In this document: in pieces, positions 49,870 to 63,617 of the stretch
Numbering within the stretch: position 1 is the stretch's first letter
Layout: each line of letters opens with the position of its first letter
Assembly: GCF_006345805.1 (NCBI RefSeq)
Contig: NC_043012.1
Location: 15,562,001-15,626,000, forward strand
DNA length: 64,000 bases
Origin: Octopus sinensis
Lineage: Eukaryota
Reading direction: 5' to 3'
Notes under the pieces: model-generated
What the model was told of the DNA's origin: nothing
The model's input: the letters and a program-made list of their open reading frames with translations, nothing else
Database searches by the model: none
Position numbers and translations under genes: made by a program

Positions 49870-50090
49870 TATATAAATGTGGACTATGGGCTATTGTATA
49901 TGATATCATATACATGTGGATAGTGGGCAACTGTATATAATATTATATACATACAGACAAGAGAAAATGTATTTGATATCATATACATGTGGACAGTGGG
50001 CAAGTACATATGATATTGTATACATATAGTATGAGTAAGTGTATATAGTGTCATATACAAGTGGACTGTAGGAAAATGTATATATCATTA
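49870..50090. repeat. Degenerate minisatellite, about 36-bp unit x 6
   Basis: Recurring atatacatgtggacagtgggc...tatgatatc-like units. Confidence 0.65.
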
Positions 50091-50726
50091 TATATATATG
50101 CAGCACGGAATTTTGTCAGTGAACAGGTCGTGGTCTCAAAGCGATGAAATCTTTTGACAAATTAAATTTAAATCAAGTGAATCTAACGGTTTTTGTGTGT
50201 TTCTTAAATGGCTTATAAACACCTTCCACGCTGCAATTGTTTTTGTTATATATTTATATATTTATACATAAAGATCAATTAGAGTCATTTTGTGAAGGTT
50301 GCTGATCCTTGTGTCTATGAATATATCAGTATATGTATAAAGAGACATCATGTCAATTAATTTGATGGGAAGTTGTTTTGCACTGTTTTTTATTGCTTGC
50401 AATTTGTACGTGAAAGTGATTTAAAGTTGTTGTTGTATAGCCACTGGTCAACCTTGCTCTAGTAGACCAATCAATGTCTGATAGTATTTCAGCCATGATG
50501 AGTTGGTTATGGCTAGTGTTCCAGACATGATCACCTCATCTGTTTCTCAAATATTGTATTTAGGGCCATGTTATTCTATGTGTTCTTCCTTTCTGAGACA
50601 ATAGGTCATGAGGAAGATTTAACTTTTTTCAATACCAACCTGCCTGAAACTGGCTTCAGTTCAATGATACAAATTCCGTGTTAAAGTGATGCAAATTAAA
50701 GTCTTCCATCAGAATTTCATGTTAAT

Positions 50727-50947
50727 AGGTGGCGAGCTGGCAGAAGCGTTAGCACGTCGAATGAAATGCTTAGCATTTTTCATCTGTCCGTTACGTTCTG
50801 AGTTCAAATTCCGCCAATGTCGACTTTGCCTTTCATCCTTTCAGGGTCGATAAATTAAGTACCAGTTACACACTGGGGTCGGTGTAATCGACTTAATCTG
50901 TTTGTCTGTCCCTTCTGTTGTAGCCCCTTGTGGGCAGTAAAGAAATA
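50727..50947 (+). mobile_element. Full-length tRNA-derived SINE with a 16-bp TSD
   Basis: TSD agaatttcatgttaat at 50711-50726 and 50948-50963; B-box-like gagttcaaattcc. Confidence 0.9.
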
Positions 50948-51683
50948 AGAATTTCATGTTAATTTATATTCTAGACACCAGCTTAATAATAACAAAGTTA
51001 TGTAATTAAATTGTTTTCAAAATTGATTGAAACAAAGGCAGGATATTTAAATATGAATCTGGTAACAAAAAGGTTAACTCTTCTTTCTAACATAAAGGAT
51101 ACTTTGTTGGTTCCATGTAGCCATGTTTATTGTGTACAAATGGACAAAGGTAGGATTGTGTCTCTTCTTACTTTCATAACATCCGTTGGATGGCATAAAC
51201 ACATTGATGAATTAGGTTAAGTGATGATGATTGTATTTATTCAAGTAGCTGTCATATACAAGAAGGAGCTGTTTTGTTGTTATTTGTTAGCCATTAAGTA
51301 TTTGTTGTATTGTAGTAGATATGGTTGGGGTGCTAAAAGTGAAGGAAACAAGTGTATTGTTTTGTTAAACTTAAAACTCTTTTGTTCGATTTTATATTAA
51401 AATGAATTTCCTTTTGTTCATTCAACATTGAATAGGTTAGCACCAATTCGAGTGATTGTTAAGCTCCAACATCCTATTATATGTGTGATATATATTTTAA
51501 TTCCAAGAAAGTTAGAGGTTGTGAATCCAACCCACTAAGGGATAATATCTATCCAATATTCTGCTGGTAGAATACCCAATTATTAATACGTGTTTTTATT
51601 GCATTGCAATTACATTACTGAGTGTAATAAACGAGTGAGGGTAAAGAGTTACTTTACCATTAATTTATAGAGCTATAAGAAGA

Positions 51684-52040
51684 TGGAAGGGGATCAATAG
51701 GTGGTATTCATCAACTTTTAGACATTATATTATGTCAATTTATTTATATGTTTACTAAAATGACAATTATAACAATATGAATACATGTATGACATATTAT
51801 GCTTTACATATATAATATATAAAAATATCAGTAATTATTAAAATATATAACATACAGGATCTATTCCTGTATGTTATATATTTTAATAATTACTGATATC
51901 TTTATATATTATATATGTAAAGCATAATATGTTATACATGTATGTATATTGTTATAACTGCCGTTTTAGTAAATAAATAAATAAATTGACATAATATAAT
52001 GTCTAAAAGTTGATGAACCACCTATTATTGATCCCCTCCA
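51684..52040. repeat. AT-rich palindrome with about 175-bp arms
   Basis: Centre acagga-tctat-tcctgt at 51854-51870. The left flank recurs at about 44230-44345. Confidence 0.85.
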
Positions 52041-52992
52041 ATTTCTTATTGCATATATATTAGAGACAGGTATTCTCTGTATAGAATACACTTTGTAGTG
52101 CTCAAGAGATTTAAACTTGAGCAGGCAGAGGAGTAAATGTAAGGAAAAGCAAGTCGAGATACAAAAAATGTTCTTCCGTCATTAAACTCCATTCTGTCAT
52201 CCCAAATGTATAATTCTTCTCTGAGATGGAGGCTGGTGTCTACTGATAATCGAATCAAGTTACAATCATTATTTTGGACCAGAAACAGCTGCCAGACTCA
52301 TAAAACTCTTACTTAACCCCTTTAATTCCTGACATTATTTCTATTTTGTGTAAGTCAGACCTTCTTATATATAAACATATGTACATTTTTTGTATATTGA
52401 CTTGCCTAACTTGCTTGTCCTTACATTTATTCCTATATATATATATATCATCATCATCATCGTTTAGCGTCCGTTTTCCATGCTAGCATGGGTTATATAT
52501 ATATATATCATCATCATCGTTTAATGTTTGCTTTCCATACTAGCATGGGTTGGACGATTTCACTGAGGACTGGTGAACCAGATGGCTGCACCAGGCTCCA
52601 ATCTTGATCTGGCAGAGTTTCTACTGCTGGATGCCCTTCCTAACGCCAACCACTCCAAGAGTGTAGTGGGTGCTTTTACATGCCACCGGCACGAGGGCCG
52701 GTCAGGCAGTATTGGCCAATCTCAAATGGTGTTTTTTTACATGCCACCTGCACAGGAGCCAGTCCAGCAGCACTGGCACCGATCACGCTCAAATGGTGCT
52801 TTTTACATGCCACTGGCACAGAAGCCAGTTAGCTGTTTAGTTTTTTAACTGAGTAAGTATCAGCCTTGTTTTCCTCTTTTGACTGTAGAAGCCAGTGGTC
52901 TGTGCTTAGATGGCATGAATTCTTTAGGATACCAATGTTTAGTGTTTCAAATGAGAGTAATATTTCCATCTTGTGTTTTTTTGTCTTTGTAG

Positions 52993-53101
52993 AATGTCTT
53001 TCACTGATGACTGGTTTGAAGAAAACATTCTGATTAAATGGAATAATATCTTGGAAAAACAAGAATACATTGAGTTTCTGTTGCAGAAAATTTATCTGAA
53101 G
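52993..53101 (+). CDS. Predicted coding exon A (MSFTDDWFEENILIKWNNILEKQEYIEFLLQKIYLK)
   Basis: Acceptor tttttgtctttgtAG, ATG at 52994 and donor AAG|GTAACT. It ends in phase 0. Confidence 0.65.
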
Positions 53102-53315
53102 GTAACTCGTACACAATCATGCATGCCTGTACACACATGCATGCACGTACGCAAGCACGCACAGATTGAGAGAGAAGAGAGTGAAGGAGTGAGAGAGAAG
53201 TAGAGAGAGAGAATGGAAGAGAGAAAGAGAGAGAAAGGAATTTTCACTAGTTCCCTCCAAGTCTGAAATATCTTGTGACACTTCACAAAAGTAAAAATAC
53301 CCATTAGCTGCTTAA

Positions 53316-53536
53316 CCCCTCCGTTACCAACCCGGCTGAAACTGGCTCTGGCTCTTTAATATACATGTCTTGTTTCCATAAGTTTTGAATTAAAATCTCC
53401 CACCAAACCTTAATCACAATTTATGTTCCTAACACTAGTTGAATGATAACAAAGTTATTTTATTAAATTCTTTGTTATATTTAAAGTAACTGAAAGAAAC
53501 ACAGAGCATCTCAAAATAAATAGAGTAACGAAAGGG
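53316..53536. mobile_element. piggyBac-like MITE
   Basis: TTAA|CCCCTCCGTTAC...GTAACGAAAGGG|TTAA. Confidence 0.8.
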
Positions 53537-55348
53537 TTAACCCTTTCACTAACAACCCACTCGAGATTGCCTTGCCCTGGATACAAGCTTCCTGTTTTAA
53601 CCCTTTATCTTTCACATTTTTGTGCCAAAATTAATGCTTTTTTATTCACATTGTTTTGAATTAATCATGCATTATGTTGTTGCTATGCAATTTTGATGAG
53701 GTAACTGTTAAGTTTTAGAATGATATTGTAGGGTTGGTGTCAGAGGACAGATCTGGCCGTTTGAGCATAAAACAAACAGAATACTTCGGCTGGATATGTT
53801 AAAATAACATAAAATCTCCCATCAGAATTTTATTGTAATTTTTGCTCCAAGCATCAACTTACTAACATCCTTTTCTTTTCTAGGCACAAGGCCCGAAAAT
53901 TTGGGGAAGGGGGCCAGTTGATTAGATCGACCCCAGTACACGACTGGTACTTAATTTATCGACCCCGAAGGGATGAAAGGCAGTTGACCTCAGCGGAATT
54001 TGAACTCAGAACGTAAAGACAGACGAAATACCGCTAACGTTTCTGCCAGCTTGTCACCTTCAACTTATTATCATCATCATTTAACGTCCACTTTCCATAC
54101 TGGCATGGCTTAGACAGTTTGATTGGAATGGGTTGGCCAGGGAGCTGCACCAGGTTCCAATCTGATTTGGCATGGTTTCTACAGCTGGATGCCCTTCCTA
54201 GCATCAACTACTCCAAGAGTGTAATGGGTGCTTTTAAATGCCATTGACATGATGCTGGCAATGGCCATGACTTCAACTCTCATTTTACTTGGTTTGACAA
54301 GTCTTCGTAGCACTGCATCACCAAAGGTCTCACTCACTCGTCATTACTTCTATGAGGCCCAAAATTTGAAAGATCATGCTGCTGGCAGCAGCCACGACTA
54401 TGCTTTCATGGGACTCATTTACATGCCACTCACATCCCGTGTCTTCTTGGGTCTACCTCTTCTACAAGTTCCATTGTTATTTTTTATTAAATTTTTCATT
54501 AATTTTAAAATTAACAGAAATGAAGTCAATGTATTTTTATGAGAAATATGAGAATGAAACGGTTATGGTTGAGTAAAGGAAGGTTTACTGGATCTTGTAG
54601 AGAATTAAACCTGTCAGTTATCATCACCACCAACACCACCACCTTCTTCTTCTTCTTCTTCTTCTTTCCATGCTAGCATGGGTAAAGTGGTTTGATTGGA
54701 GCTGGTATACTGGAGAGCAAAACTAAGTTCCAGTCTGTTTTCTCTCTTCGTCTCTATGGCTGAATGTCCTTCCTAATGAAAAACCACTTCACAGAGTATA
54801 CTGGGTGCCTCTTATGTGCCACTGGCTTGGGTGTCCTCTACAATCAATGGCACAGCCGCCTTCATGACTACAATTTCACATGGCTTGACATGCCTTCTCA
54901 AGCACAGCAAACTGCCATAGATTTCAGTCTCTTGTCATTGTCTCCATGACACTCCTTTATATCTGTATATATATATAAACCTGAACAAGGAACATGTATT
55001 CAGTGTTCAAATTTGCTTTTCTTTTGGTCAGATTAATTTACTCTATTTCTTAAATACATCCTGTCTTATTTTGTAAATTGCCCCAATCAATTGCTTAGCT
55101 ACTTTTTCTTATCTTCCATTCCTACTAACCCCAAATGTAAATAAGTTTTATACCTCTTATCCCACTGCTGTCATTCTTCTTACGTCTGGAATTACAATTC
55201 ATTGTTTTTTTTTTGCCATTTCTCTTGATGGTATTTTCCTGCTACTATTGATAATGTCAGTGGTGGTGGTATATTCCTCAACACATATATTATTACTGCT
55301 AGAATCCCTAACACAACAATCATTAACCTATTACTGCTGCTGCTGCTG

Positions 55349-55402
<54 letters not shown>

Positions 55403-56206
55403 ACTAACTAACTAACTAATTAACTAATTAGCAAACCTTTCTGCTATTGGCACAAAGCCTGAAATTTTTGGGAAGAGTGCTTGTCAATTACATTGACCCC
55501 CCCCCCAATGTTCAAATGGTACTTATTTTATTAACCTCAAATGTTCAGAGTTCAAATTTCACCAAGGTTGACTTTGCCTTTCATTCTTTCGGGGGTCAAT
55601 AAAATAAGTACCAGTTGTGCACTGGGGTTGATGTAATCAATTCCCCACCCGCAGCACCACCACCAAAAAACAATTGCTGGCTTTGTGCTAAAATTTGAAA
55701 CCAAAATTAATATTAAATGCGGAGTGTAATCTAACTGATTCCACCCCTCTGTCCACCCTCTGTCTACCCTCTGTCTGAGTGCCTGTCTTTGTGCTTATGT
55801 TAGAAATTATCTTTGTTATCCTGTCTCTTGTGTTTTGAGTTCAAATCAGACCAGGATCAATTGGCTTTAGTGGGAGTCAGCAAAATCACTACCAGTTATG
55901 TACACTGTGTGTGTGTGTGAGTGTGCTTGTGTTTATGCATGTATGCGTGTGTGTGTATGTATCTGTTAAATATTTGTGTTCTTGTGATAATGTTAGAAAT
56001 CACTAATGTTGTAAACACAGCAATTGTTATATTCATCAGTAGCACTGGTAATGCCCTAATTTGGTCAAAAGTTAATCCTCTAACTTTAGGTAATCATGCA
56101 AAATGAATGATTAATCCCTTCTTGTAATTTATAATACTTTATTTCAAACCTTTTCATATTGTTTTTTTTTTTTATTGTTTTATTTGTTTTCTTTTTCTTT
56201 TCGAAG

Positions 56207-56318
56207 AATCCTGGGGACAAGCCATCAGCTTCTACAAGTATTTATAAAGAAGTTTTAAGCAATCTAGATGGATGTTACAATTGCCTTGTTGCTGTTATTA
56301 AGGTTTTGAAAAATTCAG
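56207..56318 (+). CDS. Predicted coding exon B (NPGDKPSASTSIYKEVLSNLDGCYNCLVAVIKVLKNS+1 nt)
   Basis: Long polypyrimidine tract ending tcgaAG; open in phase 0; donor CAG|GTGAGA. At 112 nt it ends in phase 1. Confidence 0.7.
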
Positions 56319-58249
56319 GTGAGAATTTTGAATAAGAAAATAATTTATTTTCTTGCCAGATTTTCTTTTTGTATTTTTAAAAGAATGGAAAAGATGATGT
56401 TTCCATACATTTGGACATTTCTTGTTTATCTAAAAGTGTGTTATCTAAAAGTTTTCTGTCCCTCATCATCATCGTTTAACGTCCATTTTCTTGCTGGCAT
56501 CAGTTGGCCAGCTGAAGGGCTGCTGCTCAGGCTCCCTGTCTGTCTGTTTTGGAAATGGTTTCTTTGGCTGCACACCTTTCCTAATGCCAACCACTTTACA
56601 GAGTGTACTGAGTACTTTTATGTAGCACTGGCATGGGTACTTTTTGCATAGCACCAGCGCCCATGAGTCCAGAAGAAGGATGTAGAGGAGATGCCTGTAT
56701 GCAATGACAACCACATTTTTACTTAGCTTGTGATGTCTTAGAAGTCTCAGTCCTTTGTCATTCTTTCCCACCAAGATCTTAGGATCTCCCTCAATACATA
56801 AACTAACCTCTCATTACTTGGCAGAAAACCCAGCTCCCTCAATACTACTCCCCACTCAGTTGAGGGGAGGGGGCCTTCTCTTGCAAATTACTTAGTAGCC
56901 TCACTGCTGCTGGTGCTTTGTAAAAAGCACCTGATACATTCTGTAAAATGGTTAGCATTAGGAAAGGTATCCAAATGTAGAAACCAGGCCAATGCAGACA
57001 GTAGCATTTGGCGCAATCTTCTGACTTGCCAGCTCCAGTCAAAATGTTCAACCCATGCTTGCATGGATAGAGGACATTAAATGATGATGATGTCCAAACC
57101 TAGGCAGTAGCACATAGAATCATTGCTTTTACAATAAGTAATGCATCTTAATCTCTTGCCATATACTATTGGGCATTCACCTAAATTTGGTAATGCTTTA
57201 TATATGCCTGTTCTTACTGAAAAAATATTTTAATAGTTATTGTATATTTTGCAGATGTGAGTTGATGATATTCATTGTTCTTTCGCCTGTCTACATCCTC
57301 TCTTTTAGTTGTAATAATTGTCAGTTTGGTTTGTCCCAACTCTGCCTTACTATCTCTTCTACTATTTCTACATAGATATCAGCATTTTGAAATGTATTTG
57401 GCCTGTTGTAGAATGGATATAGAGATGCAAAATCCATCTGACTCATGCAAGCATGGGAAAAATAGACGTTAAAACAATGATGATGATTTTTATTTTGTCT
57501 TTTACTTGTTTCAGTCATTAGACCATGCCCATGCTGGAGCACTGCTTTGAAGGATTTAGTTGAACAAATTGGCACCAATACATATATTTTTTGCTAAGCT
57601 TGGTACTTATTCTATAGGTCATTTTTAGCTGAACCACTAAATTATAGGGATGTAAACAAACCATCACCACTGTCAAGTAGTGGTGGGGGACAAACGCATG
57701 CACAGAAACAAACGCACAATGTACATATAGGCACACAAACAGAGATACATGCACGCATGTGCTCACACACACACACACATGCACATATTAATACAGGCTT
57801 CCTTCTATTTCCATCTACCATATCTACTCACAAGGCTACGGTTGGCCTGAGGCTATAGTAGAAAACATTTGCCCAAGGTACCATGCAGTGGGACTGAACC
57901 TGGAACCATGTGATTGGGAAGCAAGGTGCTTACTACACAACCATATGAAGATGAAGATGATGATGATGATGACAATCCACTTCAGACTTTCTGACTTTGT
58001 GGCATCACATAGAACTATTTCGCTTTTTGTATTTGGTTTGCAAGATTGTTAACGTGAACTTGTTATGTTGAAACAGATTTTGTTGTAATATTTATCCCCA
58101 CATAAAAATGTGGATGTTCTGTTAGAACAAATTATACTACAGTAGATACTCTATTGGTTTTGTCTGGTGGAATTTGCAGTGCCTGTGACCTTTGTTGCTG
58201 TTGGTTACCCTTTGGTCATCTCTAACTGAGCTGACTATGACTACTCTCT

Positions 58250-58600
58250 CTTTTTTACTTGTTTCAGTCATGTGACTGTGGCCATGCTGGAGCACCGCCT
58301 TTAGTCGAGCAAATCGACCCCAGGACTTATTCTATCGGTCTCTTTTGCCGAACCGCTAAGTTACAGGGACGTAAACACACCAGCATCAGTTGTCAAGCGA
58401 TGTTGGGAGATAAACACACACACACACACACACATATGCATATATACGATGGGCTTCTTTCAGTTTCCATCTACCAAATCCACTCGCAAGGCTTTGGTTG
58501 GCCCGAGGCTATAGTAGAAGACACTTGCCCAAGGTGCCACACAGTGGGACTGAACCCGGAACCATGTGGTTGGTAAGCAAGCTACTTACCACACAGCCTC
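58250..58600 (-). mobile_element. tRNA-derived SINE, near full length
   Basis: Reverse complement of the 45811 family, with the head at about 58600. Confidence 0.85.
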
Positions 58601-60164
58601 ACCATCATCTTCTTTCTAAGTATCAGGGACTACTTTGTTTCATGTTCTTGCTATTTCTGGAACAGGAGAGTATGATTTGAAGGCGATTTACCTATTACTT
58701 CCAGCAAGTTGAATGACTGTGCAGAGGTCTCCTGTTGCCTTGTATAAGCCTAATATGAAGAACAACGGAATTCATACTTATGTTCCTTTTCCTTGCTCAC
58801 ATAGATTAATGTTTATAGCGGGATATCTACTTTCTGTTTGTATGCTATTTCATTTATTTATATAAAGTAAGCATTGTATGCTGTAAACACACGAACTTCA
58901 TGCATTGGCTCATACACTTGTGTATCTGAAAAGAGCTGCATATACATATGCATACACATATTTTCCGTTTACACAAGAATTAACTGAGAATTTCTGAAAA
59001 AAAATTTGATCGGAAATACTCCAGTTTGTTTTGGCTTAACAGCATGAAATTCAACCTCGATTATGACTGTGAAAATATGAGTAATATATTTTTTAATGTT
59101 GGTTGATGAAATAATCAATAGTCATGAGGGGTCCGCGGTTGTGTTTTTCTATTGGTTTTGTCTGGTGGAATTCAAAGTGCCTGTGACCTTTGCAGATCCT
59201 CCAAGACTGCTACAGAATGGTTAATGTCTCTCTTAAACTGTTGCAAGTTGACAGCAGCAGAAAAAAAAAAAAAAAAAAACATGGGAAAGGAGAGAAATTC
59301 CATTGTTCTAATGTTTCTGGGTGAAATGACTGGGTGAGGGAGTTCATGTAGGTCATGGATGGGATGAATAGAATGTGGGGGGGAGAGTGGGTTGGGGGAA
59401 GTAGTATGAGAACAGCTGGTTCCAAAGACTTTCAATCACTGTTGTAATGGCAGAAAAAGGCTGAGTAATGAGACCAGACATATGTGGGTCAGAGACTGGA
59501 GTGCGTTGGTATATAACTTGATGCCTTTTATTAGGATAGGGTCTAGGATGTCATGGTATGTGTAGCAACAGTAGCAGCAGCATCTCAATGTCTCATATAT
59601 GAGAGTAGTGTTACATTGTGTAGATGCTTAGTAGTTGTTGGTGTCTGAAGTGTTTTGTGGATTTTTTGAAAAGGAAGGCCATTGTTTGTCTGTAGTTTTT
59701 GCTGCGTTGAGGATGTGCGATTACAACTAGAGATCTTCAGTCATGGTGAGGCCGAGTATTTACAGCAACCTTGAGGGTTCTAGTTGCAAGTTGTGTTTTT
59801 TTTTATTTGTAGAAAAACGGTTGATTTATTGCTTTCTTGATATCTGTAGTAATTATGTTTTTATATTGTTGAAGGAGACAGGATTGGCAATGAAACATTG
59901 TAGTGTTTTCAAGGCTTTTGTTCATTAGTCAGTACATGATTGGCATGAAGTGTCTAGGCTGAAAGTGGATTACACTTGGGTTTGGCAGGTTCAGCTGAAA
60001 AAGGTGAGGTGGGCATTGTCAATGGCAAGGAAGTTGTTGGTGTATATAAAAATAAGCAAAGTTAAGGTTAGTTCAAATATGTTTGTGACATATTTCAACT
60101 ATTAAAAGAAAATTCATTACAGTTACCATTGAAAAATTTTTTTTATGATAGACTAATATTTCAG

Positions 60165-60214
<50 letters not shown>

Positions 60215-60290
60215 CATACATATATATTGGTAAAAACGGTAAGATAACAAAAGGAAGAAAAGACCTCAATATTATGTAAATAGAGGAATT

Positions 60291-60510
60291 TATCTGTAAA
60301 TATAATATGTGACAATTATTCGGTAGCCAAGATAAAACTCTAAGTTTCGGATGCTGAGGTGGAAATCCACACCACCATCTCTTTAGTTATCCGGCCATCG
60401 GAAAAATGTTATGATTTCCAAAGAGATGGTGGTGTGGATTTCCACCTCGGCATCCAAAACTCAGTTTTATCTTGGCTACCGAATAATTGTCACATATTAT
60501 ATTTACAGAT
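60291..60510. mobile_element. Inverted-repeat copy of the 40631/43237 family with a decayed hammerhead
   Basis: Minus 60331-60391: GATAA-CTAAAGA-GATG...CATC-C-GAA-ACT-tag-AGT-T-TTATC. Confidence 0.65.
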
Positions 60511-60993
60511 ATATATATATATACATATAATTTTAAAATAGGATAAAATCTTTTTAAGAATTTATCAAGTAGTCAGTGTGAAAAACCTCATAAGGGAAAA
60601 ATCCATCAATTTTTTTCTTAAATATATTTATTTATATTGAGCGCATTACTATACATAAATCTGTACATAAATGCCACATGCTAGGAGGGACTCTTAAAGA
60701 CTTTAAGAGTGCCCCCTAGCATGTGACATTTATGTATAGTAATGCCCTCAATATAAATATATATATATATATTTATGAGGAAAAGAGGGGATCAAAACAG
60801 AACCTCAGGGAATACCAGAATTGAGAGGGTGTGCATCAGAGACAGCTCCATCAGTTATGCTGTGTTGTGCAATCTGTGAGGAAGACTGTGATCCTAAAGA
60901 TAATAGATAGACTGAGCCCACAGATGAACAATTCTGGATATTTGCATGTGAGATGTGGCCAAATACTTTGATGATATCTTGTGTAACAACATA

Positions 60994-61535
60994 TTGGGTT
61001 GTCCGGAAAGTTCGTGCCGATTTATAGTAGCTTACCTTTCGACTTATTTTAGAACATGGTTGAGTTCATAAAATAGGATTTCACTACACCTCCATTTAGA
61101 GCACAGTTTAAGCTATCTTTTCATAAAAGAAGGTTTATGTTCCTATAACCTGTGTTAATTCTGTAACCCTTTAAAATGGATGATAAGAAAGTTCATTTTC
61201 AGCACTTGATGCTTTGGGAACCAGACAAAAATTGCTGCAGCTCGGCTGGGATGTGTTACCCCACCCTCCATATTCACCAGATATTGCTCCTTCGGATTTC
61301 CACTTATTCAGGTCTCTGCAGAATAGTTTTAATGGTAAAAATTTCAATTCCTTGGATGACGTAAAAATATACCTTGATGAATTCTTTGCCATGAAACCAC
61401 CTCAATTCTGGGAAGAGGGTATTTTCAAGTTAAAGGAAAGATGGAGACGCATTGTGCAACAAAATGGTTTATATTTGGTTGATTAAAAATGTAATGGCAA
61501 GTATTCATTGACCTTTTTCTTTCTGGACAACCCAA
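60994..61535 (+). mobile_element. Internally deleted mariner (542 bp)
   Basis: TA|TTGGGTTGTCCGGAAAG at the left end and CTTTCTGGACAACCCAA|TA at the right. The N-terminal MDDKKVHFQHLMLW is fused to the C-terminal HPPYSPDIAPSDFHLF. Confidence 0.92.
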
Positions 61536-61610
61536 TAGTTTACACCAATTTTCTTGATGATGAGATCTCACTGGAAAGGCATATTGAGTTCATGAAAACA
61601 GTTCATTAAG

Positions 61611-61650
<40 letters not shown>

Positions 61651-62000
61651 GTAGTCATAGTGTTTAAAAAGCTAGAAGTTAATGATTGCCTTTTTTATCA
61701 ACTTACTCTAATAAATGGCTAACCTAGCAAAAAGGCTATTTTAAAAGAAAATATGTTCCTGAATTTGTTGTTTTAATTCCAGGTTGTTCCTGATTAAGCA
61801 GGTCTATGATCAAAAGTATGACCATTATGTCTTCTTTTTCAGGCACAATATACCTTGGATTATACTATCTATTATAATTTTTTCCTTCTTGAGAATAATA
61901 GTATGTATTAGAGGGATCTTCAACTACTATTTCTGATAGGATTAACCACATTGTTTCTCAAGTATTACTGTAGAACAAAGATCAAAGCAAATTATTTATA

Positions 62001-62151
62001 GTTGTATTTAGGAATGGTCATTTTGCCAGTTTAGCCAATAAAAACACCCGCACTATATATTTGGTGTTACTTTGCTTCAGCGTTATTTATTTTTTACATT
62101 AATCTTAATCTTATTGGCTAAACTGGCAAAATGACCATTCCTAAATACAAC
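62001..62151. mobile_element. MITE with 41-bp perfect inverted repeats
   Basis: 62001-62041 is the reverse complement of 62111-62151. Confidence 0.85.
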
Positions 62152-62738
62152 AGCATATGTTTCAACACACGATTTCACATCAAGAATCTTGCAAAACAAA
62201 TATATAAACATAAATTATTTATAGGTTTATGGTATAGTCACAGATATGCTGAGGTATTGTTCACCTGTCTTTAAAAAATGCTAAAATGTAAAAAAGAACA
62301 ATAGAAACAGAATTATCGTTAAATTTTAGTTTATTCACCATTAGAAAAAACTAAAATCTAAATTCACCCAACATATGGAAGCAGCTGTTCTGTTCTCATC
62401 AGGGGCTGTTGTACAAAACATATGCTACCAGCAGAAAGGATGGAAAATCTCGTGTAAAACTAGTTGTGTGATTCAGACAGGAAATATTGATCTTCCTTTC
62501 AAATCATTGGTTTTTAAAGTAGAAATGGAAAAAGAATACAAAACATAATTTTAACTCTTGAAACTATAAAATATGTAGGTATGTAGAAAGCATTTAAGAC
62601 AAGTTCTGAGAATTGGTTAAAGTAAATAAGATGCAAATAAGAATAAAGAAGTGATGCCTCATTTATAAGTTAAAGTAGGAGAATGTCATGTCAAGTTCAT
62701 GCCAGGATGATAATTTGTTAATGAAATTTTCTTTCCAG

Positions 62739-63186
62739 TTGATGCTTCTAAAACAAAAGATGAGGGAAGTACAGATAACAAAAATGAACACCACACAAGT
62801 CTTTCTGAAAGTGACCCGTCCATTGATTTAATTTCCCAGACTTCTGCTCAGTTTACTAGCGAGAGTGCATCTGAATATAAGCCTCAGTCACAGTGTGAAC
62901 CTCAATCTGAGCCTGATGACTTATTACAAAAGCTGGACCTTGTCTCTGTGGAGTATCCTACAAAATCTGATACCTTGACTAATTCAATTAAAGAGGTAGC
63001 CCCTTCATTTCATTGTGGAATCTCCTTCAAAGAAGAAAACTATGGATTGGGACCAGACTTGGAAGAACTGACCCTTTCCTCTACAGTGAAAGTGTCCGTT
63101 TGCATTGTTATGTCACCTTATTGTTTCTGGGTGCAACTTACAGACATTGCCGAGAGCAACCTGATTCAGTTAGCAAAGGACATAAG
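62739..63186 (+). CDS. Coding exon C of a Tudor-domain-containing (TDRD-like) protein
   Basis: Acceptor ttttctttccAG; about 149 open codons; ends VKVSVCIVMSPYCFWVQLTD...LAKDI, resembling the VxxVxSPxxFWVQ start of extended Tudor domains. Donor AG|GTTTGT. Confidence 0.8.
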
Positions 63187-63617
63187 GTTTGTTATGTATT
63201 GTCTTTCTTTTTAAAAAGTTACTCTCATAAAGACAATATCTTAACCAATTGAAGGCCAAAGCTAATCCTTTTCTTGCTAAATCTTTTCTGAAGCCAAAGA
63301 GTTCATGGAACTAGAGCTTCTCCCCAATTTCTATTAACCCATCCTTGCGTTGTTGTCTTTTTGTTTTCTTATTTGGATTAACTTTATATATATATATAGC
63401 ATGGAAAACGGACGCTAAATGATGATGATGATGATATATGTATATATGTATATATATATGTATACACACATATCATAAATAAGGGCAAAAGAAAAAATTT
63501 CTGATGCCAAATATGCCGAAAAATTGGACATATTCATTAACCATATAATTTTTTCACAATACGCACACTACTCGAAAAAAGGTCGACAGAAATTTCTAAA
63601 AAATTCCATTATTATCA

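Noticed and set aside
57241-57262. ttttgcAG-AT-GTGAGT as a 2-nt microexon or alternative last exon
   Set aside because: It would break the B-to-C phase or stop at once; there is no support without RNA data.
60840-60960. CAICEEDC...WIF PHD-like peptide
   Set aside because: Interrupted by a stop; probably a transposon remnant and too short to call.
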